NCBI GenBank assembly: GCA_964016885.1 | Contig: OZ024741.1 | Span: forward strand, 58,032,001-58,096,000 | Length of the DNA stretch: 64,000 nt | Origin: Eledone cirrhosa | Lineage: Eukaryota | Reading direction: 5' to 3' | Shown here: piece after piece, positions 13,157 to 27,422 of the stretch | Layout of the letters: the number at the start of each line of letters is the position of its first letter | Position numbering within the stretch: position 1 is the first letter of the stretch | The notes under the pieces: model-generated | What the model was told of the DNA's origin: nothing | Seen by the model: only the letters and a program-made list of their open reading frames with translations | The model's database searches: none | Position numbers and translations under genes: made by a program

Positions 13157-15836
13157 TATGATATTAAATAAATGGAAACTATATTTATAAAACCATATTT
13201 ATTTCGGAGGTTTATATAGAGATGACATGCTTTTACTTATTGATAATAATAACTCTGAACTAAATAGAAAAAGAAAACAAATTACACAATTTTTTAATCA
13301 CTTTAATCTAAAAATAGAAATTGAGAATAGCCATAGAATAGTCAACTTCCTAGATATAACATTAAATCTCAACACATGTCTTCACTATCCATTTCACAAG
13401 TTGAATGAAAACTTAAACTATGTCAGCTTTAACTCTAACCACCCCAAATCTGTTAAAAATACTATAGTAAACTCTGTTCAAACACGTATCTCTAGAATCT
13501 CATCTAATAAAAAGATTTTCGACGAAAAAGCCCATTATTACAATGAAGCATTAGCTAGAGCAGGATATAGTGATAAAATTATGTACATAGATAATGATAA
13601 ACAAATTAAACAAAATAACAACTATTTTAATTATGGCCACAACCTTAACAACTATAATAGAAAGCATTACAATAATTCCAAAAGCCATAAAAGAAATAGA
13701 ACTAGGAATATAATATGGTTTGCCCCCCCCCCCTTTCTCACTAAACATTAAAACCCACATTGCTAAACTATTTTTTAAAGCTCTCGATAATCGCTTCCCT
13801 AGAACACATAGGTATCACTCAATTTTCAATAGACATACTATAAAACTAACCTACTCATCCACCAAAAATTTAGCGCAAAATATTAATAGAATAAATAACA
13901 GGAACTTAAATCCTAGCGATAATAGCATAAATAATATCCAAGTTAACAAATGTAACTGTAAAGATAGATCTAAATGTCCGTTAAATAACAACTGCTTAGT
14001 TAAAAATATAATATACAACTGTAATGTTAAAACGGACGTTAATTCTTTTAACTACGTTGGTTCTACATCGACGGAATTTAAACTTCGCTATAACAACCAC
14101 AAGAATTCTTTCACAGATCCATCCAAAAAATCTTCAACAGCACTATCAGGCGTACTCTGGCAACTTAGGCATGATAACGTTAGATATTCGACGACTTGGA
14201 ATATAGTTTCAAGGGGGATTCCTTTTAATTCATCCTCTGAGACATGTGACCTCTGTGCGGAGGAGATATTCTTTATACTAAAATCTAAAAATTCCCTTAA
14301 TCTACGGACAAATTTATTCAGTTGCTGCAGACATAGATTGAACTCAACGTTTAAATATAAATTTAAATTTAAAATGTAATTATGTTTGTTTTGATTTGAT
14401 TTGTAATTATTTATGAAACTAGCCGATAAATCTTTCGATTTCTTCTTTTTATTAAAACATTCTTCATGAATAATTAAACTACCCTAAAAGCTGATGCTCC
14501 AAATATATCGAATTAAATTTTAAACTAGATAAACTTCTATATTATATATAAGAACATATGTAGACCAAATGGGTATCCTAAACTTTTGGAATGATTTCTG
14601 CTAGACAGGATTTGGTAAACAATTTTTGTTTTATCTGTTTCGACTCTGATGCTTATGATGATCTTGGCAATATATTGTCAATTAACTTTGAAAGGCTGAT
14701 CTCTGTGTTTTATTTGTATTATTTTTTAATATTTTTTAATATTTTGTAATATTTTTTATTTTTAATATTAAATGTTTTAGTTTTCTGTTTATTTATTTAT
14801 TTATTTTCTTGTCTCTGATATTTTTATTTTTATTTTTATTTTTATTAATATATTGAAATCTGTTCTCTATTTCTGCTTGATCGACAATCAGGTAGAATAA
14901 AGACAAGAGTAGTATTGTTAAAATTAATATAGACTCTATATATATATGTGTATATATACACACATATATGTATACTTGAATTTTTATAGCACAATGAGAA
15001 TGTTTTCGTGTGAATTGGGAGTTTGTTTATAATTATGATATAAACATATGAATTTTTAAAAACTAGACATAAGATCATTACTTTTCACACATTATAGATA
15101 CATGTCTCATTCATGAATACTGGTACTTACATTATAATGCCTGTTTTATACGAACTAATATTTTCTACGGATAAAACATAGCGGTTTTAAAGTCTGCATC
15201 GTGTATGTCTGGTTGTGTTTCATTTTCTCTTTTTTCTCTCTATATAACGGCTATTTTCTCTCTTAACTACATACATCTCTCTTTACATTTATACTAGAGC
15301 TAAATAAATAAATAAATAAATAAATAAATGTAACAACCGATACTCAACTTCCTAATTTCTCTATCTATCTCTATCTATCTCTTTCTTTTTTCTTCTTTCC
15401 TCTCTCTATATATATTTCTCTGTTTCTTTACATGAAGTTCTTCTCTTTATCTATCTTTCTATATCCCTCTATTTAGTCACATGCATTTCTTCTTTTTCTT
15501 CGTTTCTCTTTCTTTCTCTCTTTATCTCTTTCTTTTTACAACTGTCCACAATATTCTTTACTACCAAATCAACCTCCCAAATGCAAGGTGATTGAAAGTT
15601 ATGTCGAATCTATTTATTTATAAGACTGTTTATATTATATTTTGTCTGAAGACGGCATAACATATTGTTAATATGATATCCCTGAAATATATATAACGAA
15701 ATAAATATGGTTTTATAAATATAGTTTCCATTTATTTAATATCATAAATATACTCCAAATACTTGTTGAGTGCTTTTATATCAGTTATAAATATTTATTC
15801 GTTGTTAACCCAACAATTTAAATATAACTTTCCATG
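13157..15836 (+). mobile_element. Penelope-like element 2, 5'-truncated, with a 50-bp inverted terminal duplication (13157-13206 / 15697-15746)
   Basis: ORFs 13227-13751 and 13720-14379, frameshifted at a poly-C run: YRDD region, VNFLDITLNL, SNHP, IIWFAPP, CNC..CPL..C, IIY..YVGSTSTEFKLRYNNH, CDLC. The inverted repeat is seen directly. Confidence 0.9.
15638..15703 (+). ncRNA. Minimal type I hammerhead ribozyme of PLE 2
   Basis: tattttgt CTGAAGA [cggcataacatatt gtt aatatgatatccct] GAA atatatat A acgaaata. 8-bp helix I with one GU pair, palindromic helix III, AUA triplet. Confidence 0.8.
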
Positions 15837-15879
15837 TATGTATATATATATATATATCATATATATATGTGTGTGTGTG

Positions 15880-15968
<89 letters not shown>

Positions 15969-15997
15969 TTATGTATATACATATATATATATATATA

Positions 15998-16170
15998 TCA
16001 TCATCATCATCATCATCATCATTTTACGTCCGCTTTTCCCTGCTTGCAAGGGTGGGATGGAAACTGATTCTGGCTTGATTTCTACAGCTGGATGCCCTTC
16101 ATAACACCAACTTCATTTACAGTGAGTGCTGGGTGCTTTTTTCAATTGCAAGCCCAATGCTCTAACCACT
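15998..16170 (-). mobile_element. SINE remnant with RTE-A 3' tail
   Basis: Same family as 33672-34010 in reverse orientation, internally deleted. Confidence 0.7.
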
Positions 16171-16187
16171 ATATATATATGTATATA

Positions 16188-16262
<75 letters not shown>

Positions 16263-16264
<2 letters not shown>

Positions 16265-17000
16265 CATCATTATCACCGTTTTATATCCATTCTTCCACAC
16301 TAGCATGGGTTTGACGAATTGTCCTGCTGTGGGCAAATCCAGGTCAGGTGACCATGTCTTACTCATACAGAACTGATTTGGGGTTGGATTACAGATGGAT
16401 GCCCTTTCTAACACCAACCTCATTTACAGTGAGAACTGGGTGCTTTTTACCGTGGCGCTTACACAACCATTTTACAGTGAGGACTGTTTGATTTTTTGTC
16501 GTGACACCTACATGACCACTTTAAAGTGGGAAGCGGTGGGGGCATACTGACTACATGCTTCAGCTTCGGCTTGTACCCATGGGAAGTTGGGTCTTCAGTA
16601 TTACTGCGTAACGCCAGATGTCTTGGTCCTGTGCCATCACCTTTCAGAGGTGCAATTGGGCAAAATCAGCCTTTATCACCTCATCTCCAAGACTTCCATC
16701 AGCACTCTGCACTTTTTTATGGAGCCGTCATCTTTCATACGCATCACATGTCCATACCAATATAATCTCTTCTCATGCACACAGCGTTTGATTCCTCTTA
16801 TGTCTCGTCTCTTTCTCAATGTGTTTCTGCTTTGCCATTCATGTATATTACTATTACACATCCATCGGAGCATACAAGTGTCATTTCTTTCCAATCTACG
16901 CAAGTCTTCTGCACACAACGCCCATGTCTCACTACCATGTAATATTGCTGTTCATATGCACGCATCATACAGTCTGCCTTTCATTTTGAGGGAAAAGTCT
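16263..17000 (-). mobile_element. RTE LINE 3' fragment (related to families B/C)
   Basis: ORF 16676-16918 (EDLRRLERND..LRWMC..RLYWYGHV) plus the shared 3' UTR and (CAT)n tail. Confidence 0.85.
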
Positions 17001-18077
17001 TACCCTGGTTACTGTACTTTCAGAACACCCACCTCTGCTGCTCATTCAGTCGCCTAGGTAGCAGAAGCTGCCTACATGCTTAAAAAAGATGTATTGGATT
17101 CAATATGATCAATTAAATCAAAGCAATGCAACAGTATGGCCACAGTAAAACAATGAATGAATATATATGAAAGTTTCTAAAAAGGCATTTGGAAAGTGTA
17201 ACCATAAATTGAATGCAGAAACTAAAGGCTGTAGGTTTGTTAGGTTTACAAATATTTAAATATATAGTAGACATAATATAGTAGACCTAATATATAGTAT
17301 AAATATATAGTAGACAAATTAAAATACCTGCAAACATGAATCAATATTGGATTGTGGACTTGATTATAAGTTGCTTTATTAAAATGAGTTTAACTACATG
17401 CAAATATTCATTATATACTATGGATAAGAAAGAATTTATATATATACACACACACATTCAAGCAAGCACATCCATACATACATACATACATATGTGTGCA
17501 TGTGTGTGTGTGTGTGTATGCAAGCATACAAATTTATATATATTTATGTATTCTATATATATTTATATCTACACAGAACTTTCTAGTATATTTTCTTAGA
17601 ACAAAAGATAAAGATATTTTGATATTCTCTCCTCAAACCACCCCTTTGTTGTCTTTACTGTTGTTTTATGTTTTTCTATCCTGATTAGATGTGATTACTT
17701 CTCTGTTTCCTTTTTTTTTAAGAGTTTTTATCTTTTCCTTCTCAGTTAGGTTCTCAAGTTACTAAGCCAATCTTTTATCATTTAAATCAATTTGAAGTAC
17801 TTCATCTAAAGTTTTTTCTTACCTCCCCCACATTTTTTTTTCGTTTGCAATACATCTAATCCCCATTGATCTCTTGCACAGAAAAAAAACAAATTACATA
17901 TCAATATAGCTTCTATGGTCTTTTCTTTTGCAGCAATATCTCCGAAGATCTTCAAGTCTAATTTGTACAAATTATATATTTTTTTAACTCATATCACATA
18001 TGAAAACTTCTTGATAACATACAATGCACCCCACTTCACCTTTTTTTCTTTTGTTCAGCCATCTCACTGTATTTAAC

Positions 18078-19140
18078 AGTGGCTTAGTGGTTATAGTGTT
18101 GGACTCATAATCATAAGGTCGTGAGTTTGATTTCAAGATTGAGCAGTGCATTGTGGACTTCAGCAAGATGTATTATTTCATGTTGCTTTTCATGATAGGA
18201 TTGAGGCCCCTATAATTAGAATACCTAAGAAACCATCTTTGAGATTCAATCTCATATGAGAGCAACTAATCTTACATTGTTGTGAGCTGTAACAGCATAA
18301 TAGGCCTGAGAACTTATAGTTGAAACAGCCCTAAAAACCTCCTTTGAAAGGCAACCTCATATGATGCCAGATAAACATGTATAGGTGTGAGCTGTAACAG
18401 CAACAAAATGATAAAACTGGGGACCCTATCATTAAAATACCTTAAAAACCTCCTTTGAGATGCAACCACATAGAAGACCAGCTAAACCTGCAACGATATG
18501 AGGTATAACAACAACATGATAAGAATGGGGGCCACAATTATTAAAACACCCAAGAAAACTCCTTTGTGATTCAATCTCAAATGGGTGCAGCTGAATCTGG
18601 ATTGGTGTGAGCTGTAACAACAACACATGATTGTAGCCACTATCATTAACTCTTTAGCATTTAAACCAGATATATCCAGTCAGAATTCTCTCACATCTTT
18701 TTTTCAAACTGGCCAATCATACTTATGTTAACCCTTTAGCATTTAAACCGGCTGTATCCGGCCAGAATTCTCTCACCTTTTTTTGTTCAAACCAACTATA
18801 ATCGGCCACTAATAGTGATGTTAAGGTATGATTCTCAAAATAAATAACATTAAAATCTGATAGATTTGATAGTATGAGAGATAATTATGTGTTTATCATG
18901 AAAATACAATAGTAAATATAGAGTAATGTAAATGCTAAAGGGTTAAGGTAGCATTCTCAAAATAAATAATATCAAAATCAAAGATTTAATATTATATGAG
19001 ATAAAGCCTTTACCGCAAAAAAAAACAACAATAGTATATATAGAGTAATGTAAATGCTAAAGGGTTAAAACACCTGAGAAACCTCCTATAAAAGATAAGC
19101 TTAAATGAGGAGAGCTAAACGTAAATTGAGGTGAACTGGC
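18078..19140 (+). mobile_element. tRNA-head SINE-like element followed by ~5 diverged ~105-110-bp tandem units, interrupted by a MITE
   Basis: A box tggcttagtgg and B-box-like gagtttgattt. Recurring unit ..aaacctcctttgagat..gtgagctgtaac. A single-unit relative lies at ~59265-59460. Confidence 0.65.
18650..19064. mobile_element. piggyBac-type MITE with a second copy (18732-18942) nested in its internal TTAA
   Basis: TIRs c(c/t)ctttagcattta / taaatgctaaaggg. TTAA lies on both sides of both copies. Confidence 0.88.
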
Positions 19141-19919
19141 AATTTCATTTTTCATTCCATTATAAGGTCCACTGGTGGTTTATTTACTTGAAAGTTGCAA
19201 AGAACAAACAAATTTTCATACTGCAACACAATAAAGATCAGAAATTTTATTTTAACTTCAATATTTGATTTTAAATATTAAATATATAATTGATGAAGGA
19301 TATTTATTCCTGGTAATGGGGAAGCCATATGTGTGATTATATATTTTATATCATATTGATTTCAATTGAAGTGTTGATGAAATATAAATTTCTAATTTCA
19401 TAAAGTAGAAAAATATTAATGTCTGAGACATTAAGAAATCTGTCTGTCATCACTATTGTTGCCGTCATCATCATTATCATCCTCAGCATCATCATCATTG
19501 ACATCATCCTTACCCTCATCATCATCATCGTCATCATCATCATTATCACCAGCAGCGTTGTCATTGTCATCATCATCATTGGTTGCATGGATCGTCATGG
19601 TTAAAACCAACAGAGATCAGATAGCCATATCTTGCTCACATGTTCCATTTATAGCATGGTTTTTATGACTGGATACCCTTCCATACCATTTTAGAGAGTG
19701 TACTGGGTGCATATTATGACACCGATACAACCACTGTATAGAGTGTACTGAGAACATTTTATCAGAGCACAACACTTTACAGAATGCACTGGAATACTCG
19801 TAATCAAAACCAACAGAGAAACAACATCGGCAATGTACAAAGCTTTGCTACAATTTTGTGAAGAAACTAAATATTACTTATTTGTTCCATAAAAGGATGA
19901 GTTGTTATATACCAGTAAT

Positions 19920-20105
19920 AATTGTTTCTACGTTAGTCACAAGGCCAGCAATTACCCAGTGCATTACTGGTACTTTATTTCATTGACCCCGTAAGGATGA
20001 AAGGCAAAGTTAACCTCGGCGGGATTTGAACTCAGAATGGCAAGGGTCATAACTCTATACGTCAAAGCATGGCGTCCGACCCTCTACTAATACTGCCAAT
20101 CCACC
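19920..20105 (-). mobile_element. tRNA-derived SINE with Nin-like domain (older copy follows to ~20280)
   Basis: Minus-strand B box gagttcaaatcc followed by gccgaggttaactttgcctttcatcc. Same family as 49005-49200. Confidence 0.75.
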
Positions 20106-21498
20106 AGTAATAATGTACTCAGATTTAGGTACAAAGCCAACAATTTTGGAGTAAGTGAATTATATTGACTCCAGTATTTGACAGGTACTTTATTTTCTCA
20201 AACCCAGTATTTGAACTAGTATTTTATTAAACCTGGAAGGATGAAAGTCAAAGTTGACTACAGCAGAATTTACACTCAATGTAAATGGACAATCACAGAG
20301 TTAAAGAAATAATAGGGATTTGTAATGTTGATAAATGCAACAGATTTCGTGGGAAAGGGGACATAAATATTGGCACAAAACTTAGTACATAGTTGGTGTT
20401 TTTTGTCAAGAAAAAATGCGTTCTAAGGTTTACTTTCTCTGCTGAAATTCACCACTGCTAGCAAATCTGCACACTACTACTTCCCAGACAAATCGACTAT
20501 AACAAAGTGGCTTTCACATGAGCGTGTGCTTTATATATATATATATATATATATGGTGGGGTGTGTGTATCCATATATATATGGTAGGGTATATATATTT
20601 CGGAGCATATTCTCTCACTGAGAGAATATGCTCCAAAATCATTAGACGTGTCCATCGAACCTGCGGGTCCAGAATCAGACAGATCCACACAATGATCCCG
20701 TCTCGAGCTATCCGCCAGGGAAACAATTGTTACATAAATAAATGGAGTTCAGATGCATCACTGATCTTTCGTTTTCTATTCTATAATACTCTGCTCTGTA
20801 AAAGCATAGAGTGCTCAACCGGCATACCGCCTATGGAAGCATCTTAGCTACCATCAGACACACATATATATATATATTTATATATAAAAGAAAACGAGGA
20901 GGTATATACACTCTGCCTGTGCATAAAGTGCTTGATTTGGTACCAACACCAGTATTTCACCGTACTACCTACACTATATATATATACATATATATATGTG
21001 AGTGTGTGTGTGTATAAAGAGAGATAGAGAAACAGAGAGGGGGAGATTATTCTCATTCTTACATCCATTTAAAAGCTCTAGACACAACAAAGCTGTTCCC
21101 AGAGATGAATAACCAATCATTCATATCTTCAGAAGCAGAAATCCTTGCCAATGTGTTAATATAGACAAATGTATACTTACACGATACATATACACACATA
21201 CATATGCATGTGTATGTGTGTATACAAAATAAAGACACAAAAAACAGAATATATACATATACAGTCCACTGCTACAATTAAATTAGATATTTACTGCAAG
21301 CAAACCATCCAATATTAAAAGATATATATATACATATACAACTAGATTAAATATGTGTGTGTACATATATATATATATGTGTACATATACAACTAGATTA
21401 AATATGTGTGTGTGTATATATATATGTACATATATATATATATTTACATATATATTTATATATTTACATATATATTTATATATTTATATATAAGTGTG

Positions 21499-21536
<38 letters not shown>

Positions 21537-21539
<3 letters not shown>

Positions 21540-21943
21540 TGGCTGCCAACTCGTTTTCGGGTACGGCCACTACTTTATATTCATGTAGGATAACCCCTAC
21601 CGATGAGCTGAACGGGTGTGACTTTTTAGTCCAGCCAACTACTTGAAAACTCTGGTACAAACACTACACCGGTGACAATTATTGACACATAGTGCTGGGC
21701 CCATGGTACCATGTGACGACAAGTGCAGAGAGATATCCAGATAAAAAGCAATGCCTGTGCCGTGAAGCTTTTATAGTGAGCAAAAGAACTGCACAAAGCC
21801 AGTCCCACTCTCTTAACCATGATGATATTTACCAAAAAGAAGAACAAGTCAACATCATTGGATACCATCAGGGTTGCAGGTGTTATGTCAGAGTTTTCCC
21901 TCTCCTACAATTCTGCCTTGACAAAGGCTAAGGGGTCATCTCT
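21537..21943 (-). mobile_element. Non-autonomous RTE-derived element, 5'-truncated copy 2
   Basis: Reverse complement of ~4070-4476. Confidence 0.8.
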
Positions 21944-21945
21944 TA

Positions 21946-21998
<53 letters not shown>

Positions 21999-22726
21999 AA
22001 TACATCATTATCATCATCATTTTACGTCCACATTTCCCTGCTTGCAAGGGTGGGACATATATATATATACAAATTTAGGTACAGCATTAACAAAGCTTTA
22101 GTTCACGGCCAAGCTAACAAATGCAAATTCGGTGTGTAGTTTTAGCACTCGGATGGGGATAGTACCCCAGAGTAATAACAATACGTTTAGACAGCTTAGC
22201 AATTCAAATATAGCAATCGGCAGTCCAGCCGCATCACTAGAGCAACGAAAATACAGGACTCAGGAAAAGATATATATATATATATGATATATACATATAT
22301 ATATATATATTTATATATACATACATATATATATGATATATACATATATATGATATATACATATATATGATATATACATATATATATGATATATACATAT
22401 TCATATGATATATACATATATATGATATATACGTATATATATGATATATACATATTCATATGATATATATGATATATACATATATATATGATATATAAAT
22501 ATATATATGATATATACATATATATATGATATATACATGTATATATTATATATACATACATATATATATACACACATATATACATACATATACATACATA
22601 TATATATATATAAACACATATATATATATATACATACATATATACATACATATATATATATATATACATACATATATATATACATATATATATATATACA
22701 TACATATATATATACATACATATATA

Positions 22727-23104
22727 TCATCATCATCATCATCATCACCGTTTTACGTCCGTTCTTCCACGCTAGCATGGGTTAGACGGGTTGTCCTGTT
22801 GTGGGCAGTGTCTGGTCGGCTGACCATGCCTTGCTCATACAGGAACTGATCTGGCTTGATTTCTACAGCTGGATGCCCTTCCTAACACCAACCTCATTTA
22901 CAGTGAGTGCTGGGTGCTTTTTCGTGGCGCCTACACGTCCACTTTACAGTGTGGGCTGGGTGCTTTTTTGCCGTGGCACCTCCACGACCACCTTGCGGTG
23001 GGGGGGGGGGTATATTGTTTATATGCTTCAGCATGTACCCATGGGAGGTCGGGTACCCTGTATTACTGCGTGACGCCAGAAGTCACGGTCGTGTGTCATT
23101 GACT

Positions 23105-23105
<1 letters not shown>
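22727..23105 (-). mobile_element. RTE family B 3' end
   Basis: Matches ~49661-50038; (CAT)n tail. Confidence 0.88.
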
Positions 23106-23168
<63 letters not shown>

Positions 23169-23187
23169 CATACATATATATATATAC

Positions 23188-23220
<33 letters not shown>

Positions 23221-23274
23221 CATACATATATATATATATATACATACATATATATATATATATATATACATATA

Positions 23275-23742
23275 TCATCATCATCATCATCAACGTTTAA
23301 CGTCCGTGTTCCACGCTTGCATGGGTTTGGACAGGGGTAGTCCCACTTGAGGCAAGAGTGATTGTCTTGCTCGCATAGGACTGTCTGGCTGGTTTTCTAA
23401 AGTTGGATGCCCTTCCTAACACCAACCACATTTACAGTGTGGGACTGGGAGGTTTTTACCGTGTTGCCTACACGGCCACATTACAGCGTGGACTGTGTGT
23501 TTTTTTGTCGTGACACCTACACGATCTCATTTGTTTCGGCCTATGGCGCGGCACCAACATAACTTTACATAGAATGGGGTGGTGTGGATGGGGTGGGGGT
23601 GGTGGTGGTGGGACGGGGTGTATTTTGTTAGAGATGCCTACTGGTTGGAGTAGGTTTTACTATATATTTAGGTAAGGCGGGTCTTCTCTGTTACTGAGTA
23701 CCGCCAAAGGTCTCGGTCCAGTGACATTGTCTTGGAGAGGTG

Positions 23743-23743
<1 letters not shown>
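23275..23743 (-). mobile_element. RTE family C 3' end
   Basis: Matches ~46637-47217 (..[21 protein letters not shown] plus UTR). Confidence 0.88.
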
Positions 23744-23773
<30 letters not shown>

Positions 23774-23779
23774 ACATAC

Positions 23780-23832
<53 letters not shown>

Positions 23833-23833
23833 C

Positions 23834-23904
<71 letters not shown>

Positions 23905-23974
23905 CATGCATATATATATAGATATAAATATATATATATATATACATACATATATATATATACATACATACATA

Positions 23975-24006
<32 letters not shown>

Positions 24007-24045
24007 CATATATATATATACATACATACATATATATATATACAC

Positions 24046-24077
<32 letters not shown>

Positions 24078-24089
24078 ATATACATACAT

Positions 24090-25003
24090 ATCTAGCTAAG
24101 ACAAAAGTGTTGATGAGTAGAAAAGAGGACAAAACCCTGATTCCGTCAGGGAAATGGCCATGTTCGATATGCAGAAAAGGAACTGGCATAAATTCTATAA
24201 AATGCACACAATGCAGGTCCTGGGTACACAAGAGATGTAGCGGGATAGCAGGCAAACTAACAGGTAGGGAGAAATATGTATGCAGTAGATGTACAGGGAA
24301 ATTAGACAGTAGAAGTCGCATTGATAGACACATTTTTCAAATGCGAGAGGGCGCTATAGAAGTGGTGGATAGCTTCCGGTACCTAGGAGATCAGATTAGC
24401 ATGGGAGGAGGGTGTTCCGAGGCCATAGTATCTAGAATAAGGACGGGTTGGAAGAAGTTTAGGGAGCTGCTTCCTCTGTTGATGAAGAAGGGTTTCTCAC
24501 TGCGTACGAAAGGCCGGTTGTATGATGCCTGTGTGAGGAGCGCGATGCTGCATGGTAGTGAGACATGGGCAGCTACCGCAGAGGATATGCGACGGCTGGA
24601 GAGAAATGAGGCAAGCATGCTCCGTTGGATGTGCAGTGTAAATGTGCGTGAACGACCCAGCATAAATGTGTTGAGAGAGAAACTGTGTCTGAGAGGGATA
24701 GAATGTAGTGTACGGGAGAGGAGACTGAGGTGGTATGGACATGTGATGCGCATGGAGGATGACCGATGGGTGAAGAAGTACCAGGAAATGCCAGTTGAAG
24801 GAAGACGGGGTAGAGGTAGACCACGAAGAACATGGGCGGAGGTGGTGAGAACAGACCTCAGATCATTGAAGCTCACGGTGGAGATGTCGAGGGACCGTGA
24901 CGAGTGGAGAGATGCTGTGCTGAATAAGACCCGTCCCACCCTTGCAAGCAGGGAAAAGCGGACGTAAAATGATGACGATGATGATGATGATGATGATGAT
25001 GAT
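24090..25003 (+). mobile_element. RTE family A, 5'-truncated
   Basis: Near-identical to ~9448-10353. Confidence 0.95.
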
Positions 25004-25004
25004 A

Positions 25005-25203
25005 TCATCATCAGCGTTTTACGTCCGTTCTTCCACGCTAGCATGGGTTAGACGGGTTGTCCTGTTGTGGGCAGTGTCTGGTCGGCTGACCATGCCTTAC
25101 TCATACAGGAACTGATTCGGCTTGATTTCTACAGCTGGATGCTCTTCCTAACACCAACCTCATTTACAGTGAGTGCTGGGTGCTTTTTCGTGGCGCCTAC
25201 ACG
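25005..25203 (-). mobile_element. RTE family B 3' tip, tail-to-tail with the preceding RTE-A
   Basis: (GAT)n-(ATC)n junction at ~25003; sequence matches 22745-22940. Confidence 0.85.
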
Positions 25204-26930
<1,727 letters not shown>

Positions 26931-27127
26931 AGAGAGAGATAATTTAATATATCAACTAACATAAGCGCACAGATGCACGCCCATGCCGGCAAATACACAG
27001 GTTATGTCATAGTACCTAGGTGGTTCAATGCAGGAGGATGCAGAACAATAATATAAAAGACGTAAAATAAGAAAATATTTTTAAAAAAATTGTTTAAAAA
27101 ATTTTTTACTTACTTACTTAAATTTTC

Positions 27128-27209
27128 ACTCCAACTAATTAGTTTCTGCAATGGGATAAAGACAGTTACGTAATCCAACTGTCGAGAATTCATTGCGTCA
27201 TTAGGGAGT
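27128..27209 (-). ncRNA. Type I hammerhead with G5A core substitution
   Basis: Minus strand: actcc CTAATGA cgcaatg [37 nt] cattgca GAA actaattagt T ggagt. Helix I 5 bp, helix II 6 bp, palindromic 10-nt helix III. Confidence 0.75.
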
Positions 27210-27314
27210 CTATTCTCAGCTAAGTCTCCAGGCAATGCGCGGACAGTGGCGGCTCATATAAAAATAATAATAATTCGGTAGATAGAACAGCTGGCGAGGA
27301 CTGGATTCTATGTA

Positions 27315-27422
27315 CTGAAATTCTCACTGCTTCTAGTCAAATGGCCGATTCTAAAGAATCAATCACGTGACACAGAGGCTCTTTAGAATCGGCCATTTGA
27401 CTAGAAGCAGTGAGAATTTCAG
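27315..27422. repeat. Perfect 43-bp inverted repeat with 22-bp spacer (hairpin/MITE-like)
   Basis: ctgaaattctcactgcttctagtcaaatggccgattctaaaga and its exact reverse complement at 27380-27422. Confidence 0.9.

Noticed and set aside
22071-22270. Unique islands in (TA)n (also 25662-25833, 27928-28015)
   Set aside because: Possibly PLE-type tails, but no HHR, inverted repeat or in-window homolog supports a call.
23732-24967. 411-aa ORF fusing a YI repeat to RT
   Set aside because: A truncated RTE that happens to be in frame with the flanking microsatellite. The same applies to the first ~25 aa of ORF 49962-51764.
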